From the NCBI RefSeq assembly GCF_006345805.1, contig NC_043001.1, forward strand, positions 127,348,001 through 127,412,000: a stretch of DNA of 64,000 nt. The letters run 5' to 3'. Every line of letters begins with the position of its first letter. Within the stretch, counting starts at the first letter, position 1. The position numbers and the translations under genes are program-made. A model generated the notes under the pieces. The model did no database searches. It was given only the letters and a program-made list of their open reading frames with translations, and was not told the origin of the DNA. This document shows, piece after piece, positions 1 through 12,750 of the stretch. Origin of the DNA: Octopus sinensis. Its lineage: Eukaryota.

Positions 1-80
1 AAGTGACGGGGACATAAACACACCAGCATCGGTTGTCAAGCAATGCTAGGGGGACAAACACAGACACACATATGCACACG

Positions 81-157
<77 letters not shown>

Positions 158-292
158 TACGACGGGCTTCTTTCAGTTTCCGTCTACCAAATCCACTCAC
201 AAGACACTTGCTGAAGGTGCCACGCAGTGGGACTGAACCCGGAACCATGTGGTTGGTAAGCAAGCTACTTACCACACAGCCACTCCTGCGCC
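1..292 (-). mobile_element. SINE family A (tRNA-headed, CORE-like segment, internal (TA)/(CA) microsatellite), partial with internal deletion
   Basis: Reverse complement begins GGCGCAGGAGTGGCTGTGTGGTAAG...GGTTCAGTCCC (pol III A/B-box-like). Same sequence recurs at 19969, 26738, 52590 and 53800. Confidence 0.85.
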
Positions 293-1577
293 ATCTTTTC
301 TTCAAAATTTGGGCAGGTTTCATTCTGGAGAAACCCAGCATGTGGAAAAGCAAACATTACAGTAAATCAAATATTCTAAAACTAATCCAAGCTTTACTCG
401 TTAATGATTTCATTAGATGAAAAAAATCTGTCTATAAATTAACTTAAATCAACAAGTCATATTTTTCCTTCTTGTTATGAAATTTGGAACAAAGCTTACT
501 CTGTACTTGAAGATGATCAGAAATGTTGATGTAAGCAGAATTTAATGCACCATTCTCATCATCATTGTTTTACATCTGCTTTTCATGCTGGCATGGGTTG
601 GATAGGTTGTAGCTGCTCTTGTAGATGGGTGAGGGGACCATAGCCTGCTCGTAAGTTTTATTTTTGGCTTGGTTTTTTTGGTTACATGCCCTTCTGACAC
701 CAACTACTTTACAAAGCTTACTGGGTGCATTTTTTCATGATACCAACACTAAAGAGGACAAAAGGAAGACAGTGATGGATGTCAATACTAGATGGCCAGG
801 GAGAGAGATGTATGAAGGACATGCAGATTTGATAAAGTTACTTAAGTATATACTTCAAGATGTTGAGATAGCTAGGATAAAATTAAGAGGATCATACAGG
901 TCCCATGACCTCCCTAGAGGATCATACATTGCTCCCATGACTGGAAGCAATGTAGGATGAACCAAAGAGACCCACTGTTATACTTAGTCACATCAGCAGC
1001 ATACATTCGTAAAAGATTATTTTATTGGAAAATGCTGAATATGCTTTCAGAATATTTTTTGCTGTGATAGACTTAATCCTGGTGTAACCCCATCACCAGG
1101 CCCTTCAGTACATTTAGCAGTCCACCACTCTATTAAAAGCATTCAGACTAGGTTTCTAGTCTGAAAATTTCCCGTGTGTAAGGATTTCTTTGTTATTTTT
1201 CTTCCATTGATCTTGAAAACTCTACAAAGAAAAGATCTTTGGCACTGCCCTGCCTTCTCTGACCAAGCTATAAATATTAAATCTGTTGTGAAAAAGCAAA
1301 GGTATTCCTCTATCAACCTAGCAAGTAGGTAAACTAATACAACCTGTAAGTTTAGGTTAAGAGGATGAACAAAGTATTTCAGTTGGATTAAACATAAAAT
1401 TAAGATCAACTATGCAATGTTAAGAATATGGTGGCCAATAATATCTTTGGTACATATAGGAAATATATCTCATGTTTGGGATCTTCAGCAGAATCATAAC
1501 CCTGCAGTACTTACTGATATGTTTGTCAATGAGTCAGAATTACTGAAAGCAAGGTGGAAGGTGTGATGTAAAAGTGT

Positions 1578-1806
1578 TTAACCCTTTAGTGTTCGCATTA
1601 TTCTGCCAAAATTAATCCATTTTTATCCACATTGTTTTGAACTAATCATGCATTATCTTGTAGTTATGAGATTCTGATGAGGTAGCTGTTAATTTTTAAA
1701 ACGATATTGTAGGGTTGGTGTGAGAGACCAGATCTGGCCAGTTTGAACATAAAACAGGCAGAATACTTTTGGCCGGATATGGCTGGTTTAAATGCTAAAG
1801 GGTTAA
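1578..1806. mobile_element. piggyBac-type MITE (TTAA target duplication)
   Basis: TTAA|CCCTTTAG ... CTAAAGGG|TTAA. Near-identical inverted copy at 32663-32891. Confidence 0.85.
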
Positions 1807-2157
1807 AAAATGAGGTAATATTAAGAATCCAGAGAAGCTTGTGGTAGTTAATCCATAAAAGTTCAAAGAAAAGTACAATTTACTTAGAGGATTGACGAAG
1901 TCAGTGTTTCAGAAACTTGTATATTTTTGAAGAGAAAGAATATTGAGGCTAACAGCACAGTTGCAAAAAGGCACTAGGGGAAAGAAAGAGTAACTTGGAA
2001 AGGTGGGTGAAACAGTGTGATTAGCATGAGAGGATTTGACAATAAGCGTAAGCCAGTGTCAACAATGGTTCCTGAAATTCTGAACCAGAAACTACAGCCT
2101 AAAAGATAAGACTCGTTCTGGAAGATCTGTAGAGCTTGACAAGGATGTCCTGCTAAC

Positions 2158-3002
2158 CCTAGAGGAACAAAATCCACTGTTGAGGAACTAGCAGAGAAGC
2201 TTTGATTTGGTCATTCAACCATCCATCAACACCTGCGTGTCATCAGCAAATTGGATCGATGGGTTTCTCACAAACTTTCTGAGTCTAATCATGTGCAGAG
2301 TGAATGTGTGCTCTTTTTGCTTTTACGCCCCACGAATGAACCATTTTTGGACCAAATAGTGACTGGTGGTGAGAAGTGGGTCCTCTATAAATATGTCCAG
2401 TACCGAAGACAGTGGGTAGGGAAAGGAGAAACACCGGCACCCCGGGCTAAAGAAGGTCTTCACCCAAGTATGGTGTTGTTATTGGTTTGGTGGGATATGA
2501 AAGATTTAGTTCACTTTGAACTTTTAAACCCAAATCAAACAATAACAAAGATCTACTGCAAGCAGCTTAAGTCAGCACTGGAAGAAAAATGACCCATCTT
2601 TGGTTTCAAGGTGAAAGGTGTTCTTCCATCAGGATAATGCTTGACCACATGCAGCAAGAATGACATTCCAAAGGCTGGAGCAGTTTGGATGGGAAACGAT
2701 GCCCCACCCACCATATTTGCCAGACATTGCCCCATCTGATTGTCATTTATTCCACATTTATTCAATCATTTTGACAGAAAAAATATGAATTCTGTAGACG
2801 AGGTCAGAACAGTACTGGAGGAGTATTTTTGTCACAGACGAGTGAATTTTGGAAGGGGATCCTTGCATGTCTACCAGATAGATGGAAGAGCATTGTAGAA
2901 AATGAAGGAGTGTATATTTTAGATTAAAAAAGAACTTTATCTTAATTTTGAAAAATAAAGCAGTATAAAAAAAACTGCATTATTTCGGGGACAACCCAAT
3001 AT
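2158..3002 (+). pseudogene. Decayed mariner (Tc1/mariner, D,D34D-type) transposase, 3' part plus right TIR
   Basis: Translates to WVSHKL, IVTGGEKWV, LHPSMVLLLVWWD, HQDNA*PH and HPPYLPDIAPSDCHLF with frameshifts and stops. Ends in a TIR-like ...GGGGACAACCCAA followed by TA. Confidence 0.9.
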
Positions 3003-3164
3003 ATATAACTAAAGCAGAAATTTAGTTGTGAGAGTTGCAGATAGATTTATTTTCCTATATGACTTTCATATGCTTACAGCCATTTCATAACCTTCCCCAT
3101 GTAGTATTCATTTCATTATGAATATACAATTGTATTGTATAATGCTGAGCAAACATGTTGATGC

Positions 3165-3615
3165 AAGGATGGAAGAAATTTAGAGAGCTATTACCTCTAT
3201 TGGCAAAGTGAAAGGCAGATTGTATGATGCTTGTTTATGAATGGCTATGCTCCATGGTAGTGCGATCTGGACCCTGAATGCAGATGTCATGTGTATTCTG
3301 GAGGGGAATGAAGCCTAGTATGCTCCGATGGATGTGCAACATCAGTGTGCATATATGACAAAGTGCAAATGCACTAAGAGAAAAGCTGGGCATAAAATGA
3401 ATCAGATGTAGCATGCAAGAGAGATTACATTTGTTTAGACATGTGATGCGTAAAAAAGTACTGATCACTTCATGTGGATAGCACTTGTGGAAGAGGGAGA
3501 CCCAGGAAGACATGGGGTGAAGTAGTGATGACCAATCTCAAGATACAGGGCCTCATGGAGGATTTGGCAATCAACCAAGATATCAGGCAATATGAGGTTC
3601 TTGAAAAGACCCACT
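3165..3615 (+). mobile_element. RTE-clade LINE 3' fragment (degenerate)
   Basis: Frame pieces KGRLYDACL*MAMLHGSAIWTL...SMLRWMCNIS...GRGRPRKTWGEVV match the RTE ORF C-terminus. Confidence 0.7.
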
Positions 3616-4002
3616 CACCTCAGTGAAACTGAGTTCTGAAAGACCTTTATATTCCACCCACATGTAACATTAATTCACACACCCTACCCCCAATGAATCA
3701 AGCTTCATCTCTTCTTCAGGCACTACGCTTAACACCACCACTCTGTCATCTTTTTCTCTTGGCCTTTCCTGGCCAACTATATATCACTTTTCTGTTGCTC
3801 CTCTATATAGCCCATGTTTCATCAATCACAGCATTCTCCCCTTTCGCCTCCTTCCCCTTTTTGACCCTTTGTGAACTCTTATTCATGCACTCTGTGCAAT
3901 TTTCTACCATTCCATTCATTTACACATCTTTGTATCTTGAGAGTACGCCATGGAATCAATATGTGTGCTCAGCATTATACAGTACAACTCTATATTTACA
4001 AA

Positions 4003-4255
4003 TTAACCCTTTCATTACCGTATTTAATTTGAGATGCTCTGTGTTTCATTCAATTTATTTTAAATATAACAAAGAATTTAGTAAAATAACTTAGTTATCA
4101 TTAAGCTAGTGTTAGGAACATAAATTGTGACTAAGGTTTGGTAGAAGATTTTAATTCAAAACTTATGAAAACAAGACATTTGTACTGCAGAGCCAGAGGT
4201 TGGTATCAAAAGACATTTGTACTGCAGAGCCAGAGGTTGGTATCAAAAGGGTTAA
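4003..4255. mobile_element. Second TTAA/piggyBac-type MITE family with an internal ~37-bp tandem duplication
   Basis: TTAA|CCCTTT ... AAAGGG|TTAA. AAGACATTTGTACTGCAGAGCCAGAGGTTGGTATCAAA is repeated twice at 4173-4248. Confidence 0.75.
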
Positions 4256-5511
4256 TGCAAATAAAGAAAGCTAACTCTTCAGATCACTAAAACATCATGC
4301 TTTTCATCCACAATTCATCATTATCATCATCACTTAGCGTCTGCTTTCCAAGCTGGCATGGATTAGACATGGTAAGCTGGGGAGCTGAACCAAGTTTGGC
4401 ATGGTTTTTGCTGCTGGATGGCCTTCCTAATGCCAATCACTCCAAGTGTGTAATGGGTGCTTTTTATGTGCCACCAGCATGGGTGCCACTTACATGACAT
4501 TGGCATTGGCCACAACTACAATTTCCCTTGGCTTGACAAGTCTTCTGAAGCATAGCATATTGCCAAAGGTTTTGGTCAATTGTCATTGCCTCTGTGAGGT
4601 CCAACATTCAAAGATCATACTTCACCACCTCATCCCATGTTTTCCTGGGTCTACCTCTTCCACAGCTGTCCTCATTGGCCACTGCTACAATTTTATTTGG
4701 CTTGATGGGTCCTCTCTAGCACAGCATATTGCCAAAGGTCTCGGTCACTTGTCATTGCCTCCATAAGGCCCCATGTTTGAAGTTTGTGCACTTTGCTCGC
4801 TATTCTATTTTCATTACACCAACTCTATGCTTACAGCCATATCACAAGTTTTCATCTCATCTGATCACCAAAGCTAAGTAGTGTTGAACTTAGTTTCTCC
4901 TTAATTGAGTGACCTGTTAGGGAAACACAGATGCTGTGGCACTTTGGGCAAGTGTCTTCCATTAGAGCCCCAGGTCAAGCAAACTGAGAGTGGATTTGGT
5001 AGATGGAAACTGAAAGAATCCCATTGTATGCATGTATAAAAAAGTGTGTGTTTGTGTGCACCCTTATCCTGATATCATGTGATGATTTTAAATATACATC
5101 ACTGTCATACAAGTGATGCTGTGTGTCTCCAGTCTTCCATGAAAATCCTGTCTAGCCACAGAGAAATATTACAGGGGAGGGTTGCCAACAGGAAAGGTAC
5201 CCAGCCATAGAAAATTTTCGTCCACAAACTCCATCAGACTCATACAATCATGGAGAAGTAGACATTAAATGATGGGGATGATGAAAGGCAGTGTATTTCA
5301 ACAGAAATAGAGTAACTAAATGTTTATTTGGTGACTAACAGTATTTCTCCATCAGCAACCATCATTCTGTTTTCTTCATCCTCTGAATTAAAACTTTTGA
5401 TATTGTGATATATATTTTACCTTTGCAATCAAAAATATCCTTTCATAGATTCATTGCATTTTTTCGCTCTAATAATTATATTTTTTTTCTTTCTTTCTTT
5501 CCTCATTGTAG

Positions 5512-5544
5512 ATTGTTAACCGACTGGGTGAATCCAATTCCATG
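5512..5544 (+). CDS. Candidate 33-nt internal microexon (IVNRLGESNSM or LLTDWVNPIP)
   Basis: Long polypyrimidine tract ending TTGTAG, donor ATG|GTATAG, frame-preserving length. No homology support. Confidence 0.3.
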
Positions 5545-7428
5545 GTATAGTTGTTTTATATTCCCTGCAAACAGAACTTTCATTCCCTCATCTTTCCAGT
5601 CTTATGCCCTCACTCCACTACATCACCAAACATTGTGAATTTTTCAGTTTTTTGTATTCTATATTCAGTGATTGTTTTTTTTAAATTTTATTTTTACATC
5701 TGTTTTTGTAAAAAAATTTACTTTGTTTATTTTATATTTGCATTGTTTTTATTTCTTCTAAATAATTACTGTAATAATAATTATTATCATTATTATTATT
5801 ATTACTTTTGTTATTAGTATTTTTGTTACGATTATTGTATTTTTGTTTCCAGTAAAGAACACAAATTCTATTTATATTTTAAATGATGTGTTAATTGGTT
5901 AAAACTAAGATCTTTACATAAATTAACAAATATGATGAGTTAGGTGTGTAAGATCAAAACAAAGATGTAGTGATAATGGTTTAAATTACTTCAAATTACA
6001 AGTTTGTCAAAAGAAGAACAATCTCTAGAGAAAACACTAATTTTCTCTCTCTCTCTCTTTTACACTTTCTTCATTCTTCTTTCCTTCTCATATCCCTTCT
6101 CTCTTCACTCTTTTTTTCTTCCTCTCTATTCTTTACCATCCCATTTATAAATGTATCTATATGTATAAATGTGCAAACATCATTAACACATACATATCTA
6201 CACAAAATTAATACACACACACAATATATATATATATATATAATAAGAACTTGCAAAATTATTTATTATTAATTCAACAAGATATTAAGATTCCTAAACA
6301 GAAGGGTGACAACAGTTATTACCTTTCTATCCAGGAATTGTTAATATATTCCTGAATCAATAATAATAATAATAATAATAGATATATATGTGTGCATAAT
6401 CTGTTTTATATTCCCTGCAAACAGAACTTTCATTCCCTCATATAAAATCAAAAGAAAAATATTTAAAGCAAAAAGAGCTATGGGCTGATTCTATAGATTT
6501 TATCTGTTCTCTTTCTAATTGTTAAGCTTTTTTTTTTTTGCTCTATTAAGGTGCTCTAACTCTATGGCTGCTAAACTGATAAATACCAGCACCCACTCTC
6601 ACACACACACATACCCCAGGTCCAAAAATTGTTAATGAAATATTTTTGCCCAACCCATCTTTATTCATGAGCAAACAAACTGAAGTTTGCATCCATGCAT
6701 CTCTTCTCTCTTCACCATCATGTTGGACAAGTTTAAAGCTTTAAAGATCATTTTAAGTCTATTAAATATGGCAACTGTTTGTACTTTTCCCTTTCGATCC
6801 CCATAACCCCCAACTCTTGTGGAATTCTACTCTAAATGGTGGGACAAAATGTACAGTTTCAAAACTGCACTTCTCCAACTCAGTTTGTAAATGCCTAATA
6901 ACTCCAAAGGACCAACACACTTTTAACTCTCCTTCAGTCAAGATGTCTGATGAATTTCTTTGTGTTAATTTTCTTATATATATAACATCACTGCCTCCTT
7001 ACTCTTTCTCTCTGTCCCCCATTTATTCACCCCATTTACTCTTCTATTTGCTTTTCTTTCCACCGTCTTATAGAAATATATTCATTTATTTATTTGAAGC
7101 TGTCACTATTCCACCTTACCTACTACTCTATATGATGTTTATTGGGCTGAAGGATATGTTTAAAGAATGAACTAAGTTAGTGTGTCACAAAAAGAAAAGA
7201 TATCTAATGTTTCCTTATTTCCTCTGGAGAAAGTTATTGGATTTTATTTCCTGACAAAATCTTATATTTGCCTCACTTGCTGTATGTCTTAAGTACTCTT
7301 TATTTCTTCATTGTACATACACATACATAGATTCTTCCACTAAATTCTCTAGATGTTAGACCTACATTTTTTTCAATCCTTATTGAAACCTATCCACACT
7401 GTTATTCATAACTGTCCTACTGTTCAGT

Positions 7429-7814
7429 GTGGAGGCGCAATGGCCCAGTGGTTAGGGCAGTGGACTTGCAGTCGGAGGATCGCGGTTTTGATTCCCAGAC
7501 CGGGCGTTGTGAGTGTTTATTGAGTGAAAACACCTAAAAGCTCCACGAGGCTCCGGCAGGGGATGGTGGTGATCCCTGCTGTACTCTTTCACCACAACTT
7601 TCTCTCACTCTTACTTCCTGTTTCTGTTGTACCTGTATTTCAAAGGGCCGGCCTTGTCACTCTCTGTGTCATGCTGAATATCCCCGAGAACTACGTTAAG
7701 GGTACACGTGTCTGTGGAGTGCTCAGCCACTTACACGTTAATTTCACGAGCAGGCTGTTCCGTTGATTCGGATCAACCGGAACCCTCGTCGTCATAACCG
7801 ATGGAGTGCTTCCA
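7429..7814 (+). mobile_element. SINE family C (tRNA-headed, ~385 bp), full length
   Basis: GTGGAGGCGCAATGGCCCAGTGGTTAGG...GGTTTTGATTCC head. High identity to copies at 25406, 28471, 43344 and 61035. Confidence 0.9.
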
Positions 7815-10436
7815 CATTTCTTCATTGTACACACACACACATACATAGATTTTTCCATTAAATTCTCTAGATGTTAGACCTACATTTGTTTTCAATCCTT
7901 ATTGAAACCTGTCCACACTGTTACTCATAACTGTCCTACTGTTCAGTATGGACAACAAGACTGATCAAAAGCTCTGTTGGCAGCAGCCTTTAATGGCAGT
8001 TGATATCGAATCTATTACTTTACACTGTCGCATGACAATTTGGTTAACCAACTTGATGTCACACACCTACTCAAACAGAACTAATTGTAATTACCAGAAA
8101 CCAGTAACGGTAATGGCAACTTATACTTACCCTGTATTTAATATATGATTGCCAAGATACGGAAAAAGAAAACAATCCCTTAGTCCTGCATAAGTTATGA
8201 ATTTATGCATAGCTTCAGGGAAAATTTTGAACTGAGACTATCATCTTAGGTGGTTTCCTTGTGCTGCAAGTTTGTTTTTTGAATACAGATTGGTCTGCAT
8301 CGCTCTTTGCAGGGGCAGGTAACTCTGCTTGTCTCACAAGCTCAACTCTTATTTCATGTTTGAGTGGTTTGCAGTAAGAAGGGCTTCCAACTAAAAGCTT
8401 TCCATTAAAAATATGAAAAGAGTAAAAACAAATGTAAAATTAAAATCTCTTGATCAATCTAGTCTTGCACACTTCTCATGGTGCCACCAGTAAGTTTTTG
8501 CTTTATTTTCTGATGTAATTTAAAGAAGACCTTTATAAGTGAGAGTTATCAACCATCTCTGACAATCAGCTAACAAAATAATACAATAATGACTGTGCTA
8601 CGTCCATGGTTATCATTACTTAGGCCATGTATCTATTCACTTAATAAATGCCAATGTTCAACTGTTTGTCTGTCCTGGAAGGTAAAAAAAAAAGCAACTT
8701 GATCATGCAGGTGCAACTTCACTTGTAACAAGCAGCAGATGGCAACAAAGGGAAAAATTCAAGTAACTATTGATTGAAATAAGTGCAAACTTGCTATAGT
8801 CTACAGTCTATAGTTCTGCTAATATATTTCCTCAGTGAATAACAATTGAGTGACACTATTTAGTACTGTATTTATGATCCACTTCAAGACTTTTGAGTCA
8901 GCTGAGGAGTTGCTGGCTCTTATATCACTCTATTGTGCAGTAAACAGATTGTTTTGCACTGAACATTTGCAAGTTGGAGAGCAAACAAAGGTTATACAAT
9001 AGAATTTTTTTTACATTTCTGTATTTTTTTAAGACTGAAGCCAGTGCCAAAGACCCTTTTGCAGGGGACATCCAAGGCTGATAGTGGGAGAGAAAAGTAT
9101 CCTCTAGCCAAAGGCTGGGCACAAATGCTTGCAGTAAAGTGAATTCCACTAAAGGCACCCAAGATACAGTGTGATGATGTTACACCAGGCAACAGATTTT
9201 AATCTATCACCCATTTGTAGGGCATGATGGGATCTGAACTCAGAGTAGCAAAGAGCCAGAAAAGCTATCACATGGCATCTGATCTGATGTTCTTAGAATT
9301 CTACTTCTCTGGGTTTCAGTCGCTGGACTGTGGCCATGCTAAGATACCTCTTTGAAGAGTTTTAGTCGAATGAATTGACACCCCACCCCCACACTTATTT
9401 GTGAGCTTGGTACTTATTTGATCAGTCTCTTGTCAAACTGGGGATGTAAACAAAGCAACCTCAATTGTCAAGCAGTGGTGAGAGACAAACACACTGACAT
9501 GTACGCATGCCTACATGTGCGCATGCACACACACACACACATACAACAAGCTTCTTTCAGTTTCTGCCCACTAAATCTGCTTAAAGGCTTTGATCCGGTC
9601 AGGGCTAGAGTAGAAGACACTTGCCCAAGGCATCATGCACTGAGACCCAGAATCATGTGGTTTTGTATCAAACTTAAATGGCTGGAAAAAAAAAGTTGAC
9701 TTCAGCAGGATCTGAACTCAGAGAGTCAACAAATACCACAAGGCATTGTATTCATTGTTCTTCCAACTCTGCCAATTTGCAATGTACTTGATAGGAATAT
9801 GACTTCCAAAAACAGCAGAACTCCAACGAATATCACTTGTAAGTAGCATAACAAATTTGTAGAATATATATTTTGGTACGTGGTACACACTATAATGATA
9901 ATTGTTATTTTCTGGCACTGATATAAAGCTACAAATTGTAAGAAAAGAAGTGTGATCAACTGGATCAATCTCAGTTCAATTCTAGTCATTCATTTATTTA
10001 AAGGTTAAAGGCAAAGTTAACATTGATAAAATTTGAACTTACACCAACAAAGCTTAAAGATATCCTGAACTCAACCATTTTTGTTAATAATAGTAATAAG
10101 GATTTTTAACTCTGCCATAAGCGATATACCTGAGATATGGATGGGGTTATGGCTTGTGTTGGTTGGCCACATGCCTCTTGGTCACAGTGGATAAGGAAGT
10201 ATCTTGCAGAGATGGGAGCTGACTGGGACACTGCTTAAAGGGTTGCATGAGATGACCTGAGCAGATGCTAACAAATAGTGGATGCAGTGTTGTACTGCAG
10301 AGGCACAGGCTCCTATACCTGATCTGGCCTGGCTTGAATATACTTGTCTCAATTATACCAACTCTCTCTCTCTCACTTGTATATCTGTGGTCTTGTACCA
10401 TGCTTATGTTACTTTGTTTCAAACATTAGCAATCAT

Positions 10437-10632
10437 TACGGAGATGTACTTGCATAGCAAGTGATTTGATCTGAGATCGTGTGCTGAAATGAAAACAATT
10501 GCAGCGTGGAAGGTGTTTGTAAGCCATTTAAGAAACACACAAAAGCCGTTTGATTCACTTCAACATTTAAGTTTAATTTGTCAAAATATTTTCGTCGCTT
10601 TAAGACCGCGACCTGTTCACTGACAAAAATCC
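10437..10632 (-). mobile_element. Short repeat carrying a hammerhead-like fold at its 5' end (Penelope pLTR-like remnant)
   Basis: Sequence duplicated at 14770-15026. Minimal hammerhead fold at 10577-10627. Confidence 0.5.
10577..10627 (-). ncRNA. Minimal type I hammerhead ribozyme, G3-C8 core variant (predicted)
   Basis: UUUGUCA-GUGAACA-G-GUCGC(9-nt loop)GCGAC-GAA-AAUAUU-U-UGACAAA: 7-bp stem I, 5-bp stem II, palindromic helix III, NUH site. Confidence 0.6.
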
Positions 10633-11397
10633 ATGTTCTGCCATTTGTTAAACTGAAAGAAGCTTAACTGTCACTTGCATTAGTTATTTGGACATTTATG
10701 TAGTTCCAAGTAGACACAGACATCCTCTCAGCTCTCTTACTTTGGGCACCAAGGAACAGTGAGGTATGGCAGATGGAGGAAAGAAATGGTAGCACCAGCA
10801 GACAGCAAGTACTTTACTTTCTACTAGAGTAGATCAGCAGAGCAATGTGAAATGATGTGTCTTGCTGAAGGACACACCATGCTGACTGGTCCAGGAATTG
10901 AACTTCTGGCCATATGACCAATGCCCTAACCACTAGGTCATGTGTCTTTACAAATTGATAGACAGTCTCAAAATGCATTTGAACCCAGAATGTCAAGAGC
11001 TGGAATAAATGCTGCAAGTCATTTCATCTGACAAATAATTCTGCCAGTCTACCAACCTCAGTTGTAATTCCTTGTGCAGAATACTTTATTTTATTTGTTT
11101 ATTTTTTTATTATTATATTATTAATTAACTTGTCTCCAGTCCCAAGAGAAAACCCTTGACAACACAGTTTATAACATCATAATCATTTACATGGAAACAA
11201 TGATGCTCAGAACCCAAATTATAGAGCATGTGTGTATGAGAGAAGGAGAGAGAAAGAACAAGAGGAGGTTTGTTCCTCCTGTTGGTGCTGAATGAAAAGC
11301 CTGCTTATATTGAGCTTGCATATTCATTATTTATAATAGACAATGTATGTACAATGCCTACTGTCCTTTAGGAGGTGTGCCCAGTACTGGTATATAT

Positions 11398-11628
11398 ATT
11401 TCTTTATTACCCATAAGGGGCTAAACACAGAGGGACAAACAAGGACAGACAAATGGATCAAGTCGATTACATCGACCCCAGTGCGTAACTGGTACATAAT
11501 TTATCGACCCCGAAAGGATGAAAGGCAAAGTCGACCTCGGCAGAATTTGAACTCAGAACATAATGGTAGATGAAATACGGCTACGCATTTCACCTGGCGT
11601 GCTAACGTTTCTGCCAGCTCGCCGCCTT
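11398..11628 (-). mobile_element. SINE family B (GGCGGCGAGCTGGCAGAA head; GCCTTTCATCCTTTCGGGGTCGATAAA core)
   Basis: Matches copies at 12522, 39498, 40282, 42465, 45847 and 48051. Confidence 0.88.
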
Positions 11629-11895
11629 CAATACTGGTATATATGTTTCCACAAGTCCCATGTATATCATCGTTTCTACTATAGGCACAAGGCCTGAAAT
11701 TTGGGGAGGAGGGAGCTAGTGATTTACTTCAACCCCCAGTGCTTGACTAGTACTTCAACCCCAAAAGAATGAAAGGCAAGGTCAACCTTGGTGGTACTTC
11801 AACTTGGAATGTAAAGACAAACAAAATATCATTTAGCATTTTGTTTCATTTGCTAATGGTTCTGCCAGCTTGCCACCTTACAAGCCACCCCAACC

Positions 11896-11938
<43 letters not shown>

Positions 11939-12521
11939 TAATAAATGAAATAAAACATATGCATATATATAAACATATATGTACGTACCTACCTCTACAT
12001 GTACATATACACGCATATATGAGTACAGGACACCAAAGGGACGTCGAACACAAAGAGAAACGAAAACATAGACACAAACCAAAGGAACTGGACATTTTTT
12101 TAAAAACAACAAAAAATGGAGTACAGGACAATTAACACAAAGAAAAAACCCCTTCTTCGGTAGCTATGGTTTCATCTACTCTACGTTTCGAAGGATAAAA
12201 GCGAGACGTATCTTCGACAAGAAACTTTCCTTCCTGCTAAAAGCAAATCAATTAAAATTCTGAGATCTTTTCGCAGAGGGGTAAAAAATGGTAAAAAAAC
12301 AGGACAGTAACAACAGTACAAAATATAAACAGTAAAAGACAGGACAGGGAAAAACAAGATAAGAAGGGCTGTTCAGAGTAAGCACAGATGGGAAGAATAG
12401 TACTCAAATACTGGAAGTAGAGTAAACCAAAACTGTGATGAATGGGAAAGTGAAACTCTGATTAACAGTTTAAGTGGTGTCTTTGCAGCTTTATTAATAA
12501 AGTATATATATATATATATAT

Positions 12522-12750
12522 ATTTCTTTACTACCCACAAAGGGCTAAACACAGAGGGGACAAACATGGACAGACAAACGGGTTAAGTCGATTACATTGA
12601 CCCCAGTGTGTAACTGGTACTTAATTTATCGACCCCTAAAGGGTGAAAGGCAAAGTCGACCTCGGCGGAATTTGAACCCAGAACGTAACGGCAGATGAAA
12701 TACGGCTACGCATTTTGCCCGGCGTGCTAACATTTCTGCCAGCTCGCCTT
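12522..12750 (-). mobile_element. SINE family B
   Basis: Same head, core and tail (...GTGGGTAGTAAAGAAAT) as other B copies; inserted in (TA)n. Confidence 0.88.

Noticed and set aside
2251-2592. 113-aa mariner ORF as a domesticated SETMAR-like gene
   Set aside because: First catalytic Asp is mutated (TGGEKW) and flanking frames have stops and frameshifts.
7429-7505. tRNA-like sequence with A/B boxes
   Set aside because: Head of a SINE; no complete cloverleaf or acceptor stem, and it continues into the SINE body.
7524-7766. Recurrent ORF MVVIPAVLFHHNFLSLLLPVSVVPVFQRAG... (also at 25453, 28520, 43393, 61083) suggesting a gene family
   Set aside because: Lies wholly within SINE family C copies with TSDs; identity reflects the repeat, not coding.
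12178-12223. Hammerhead-like skeleton on the minus strand (UUGUCGA...GAAACGUA)
   Set aside because: Stem II does not close next to the core, stem I is only 3 bp, and there are two core deviations; not called as a feature.
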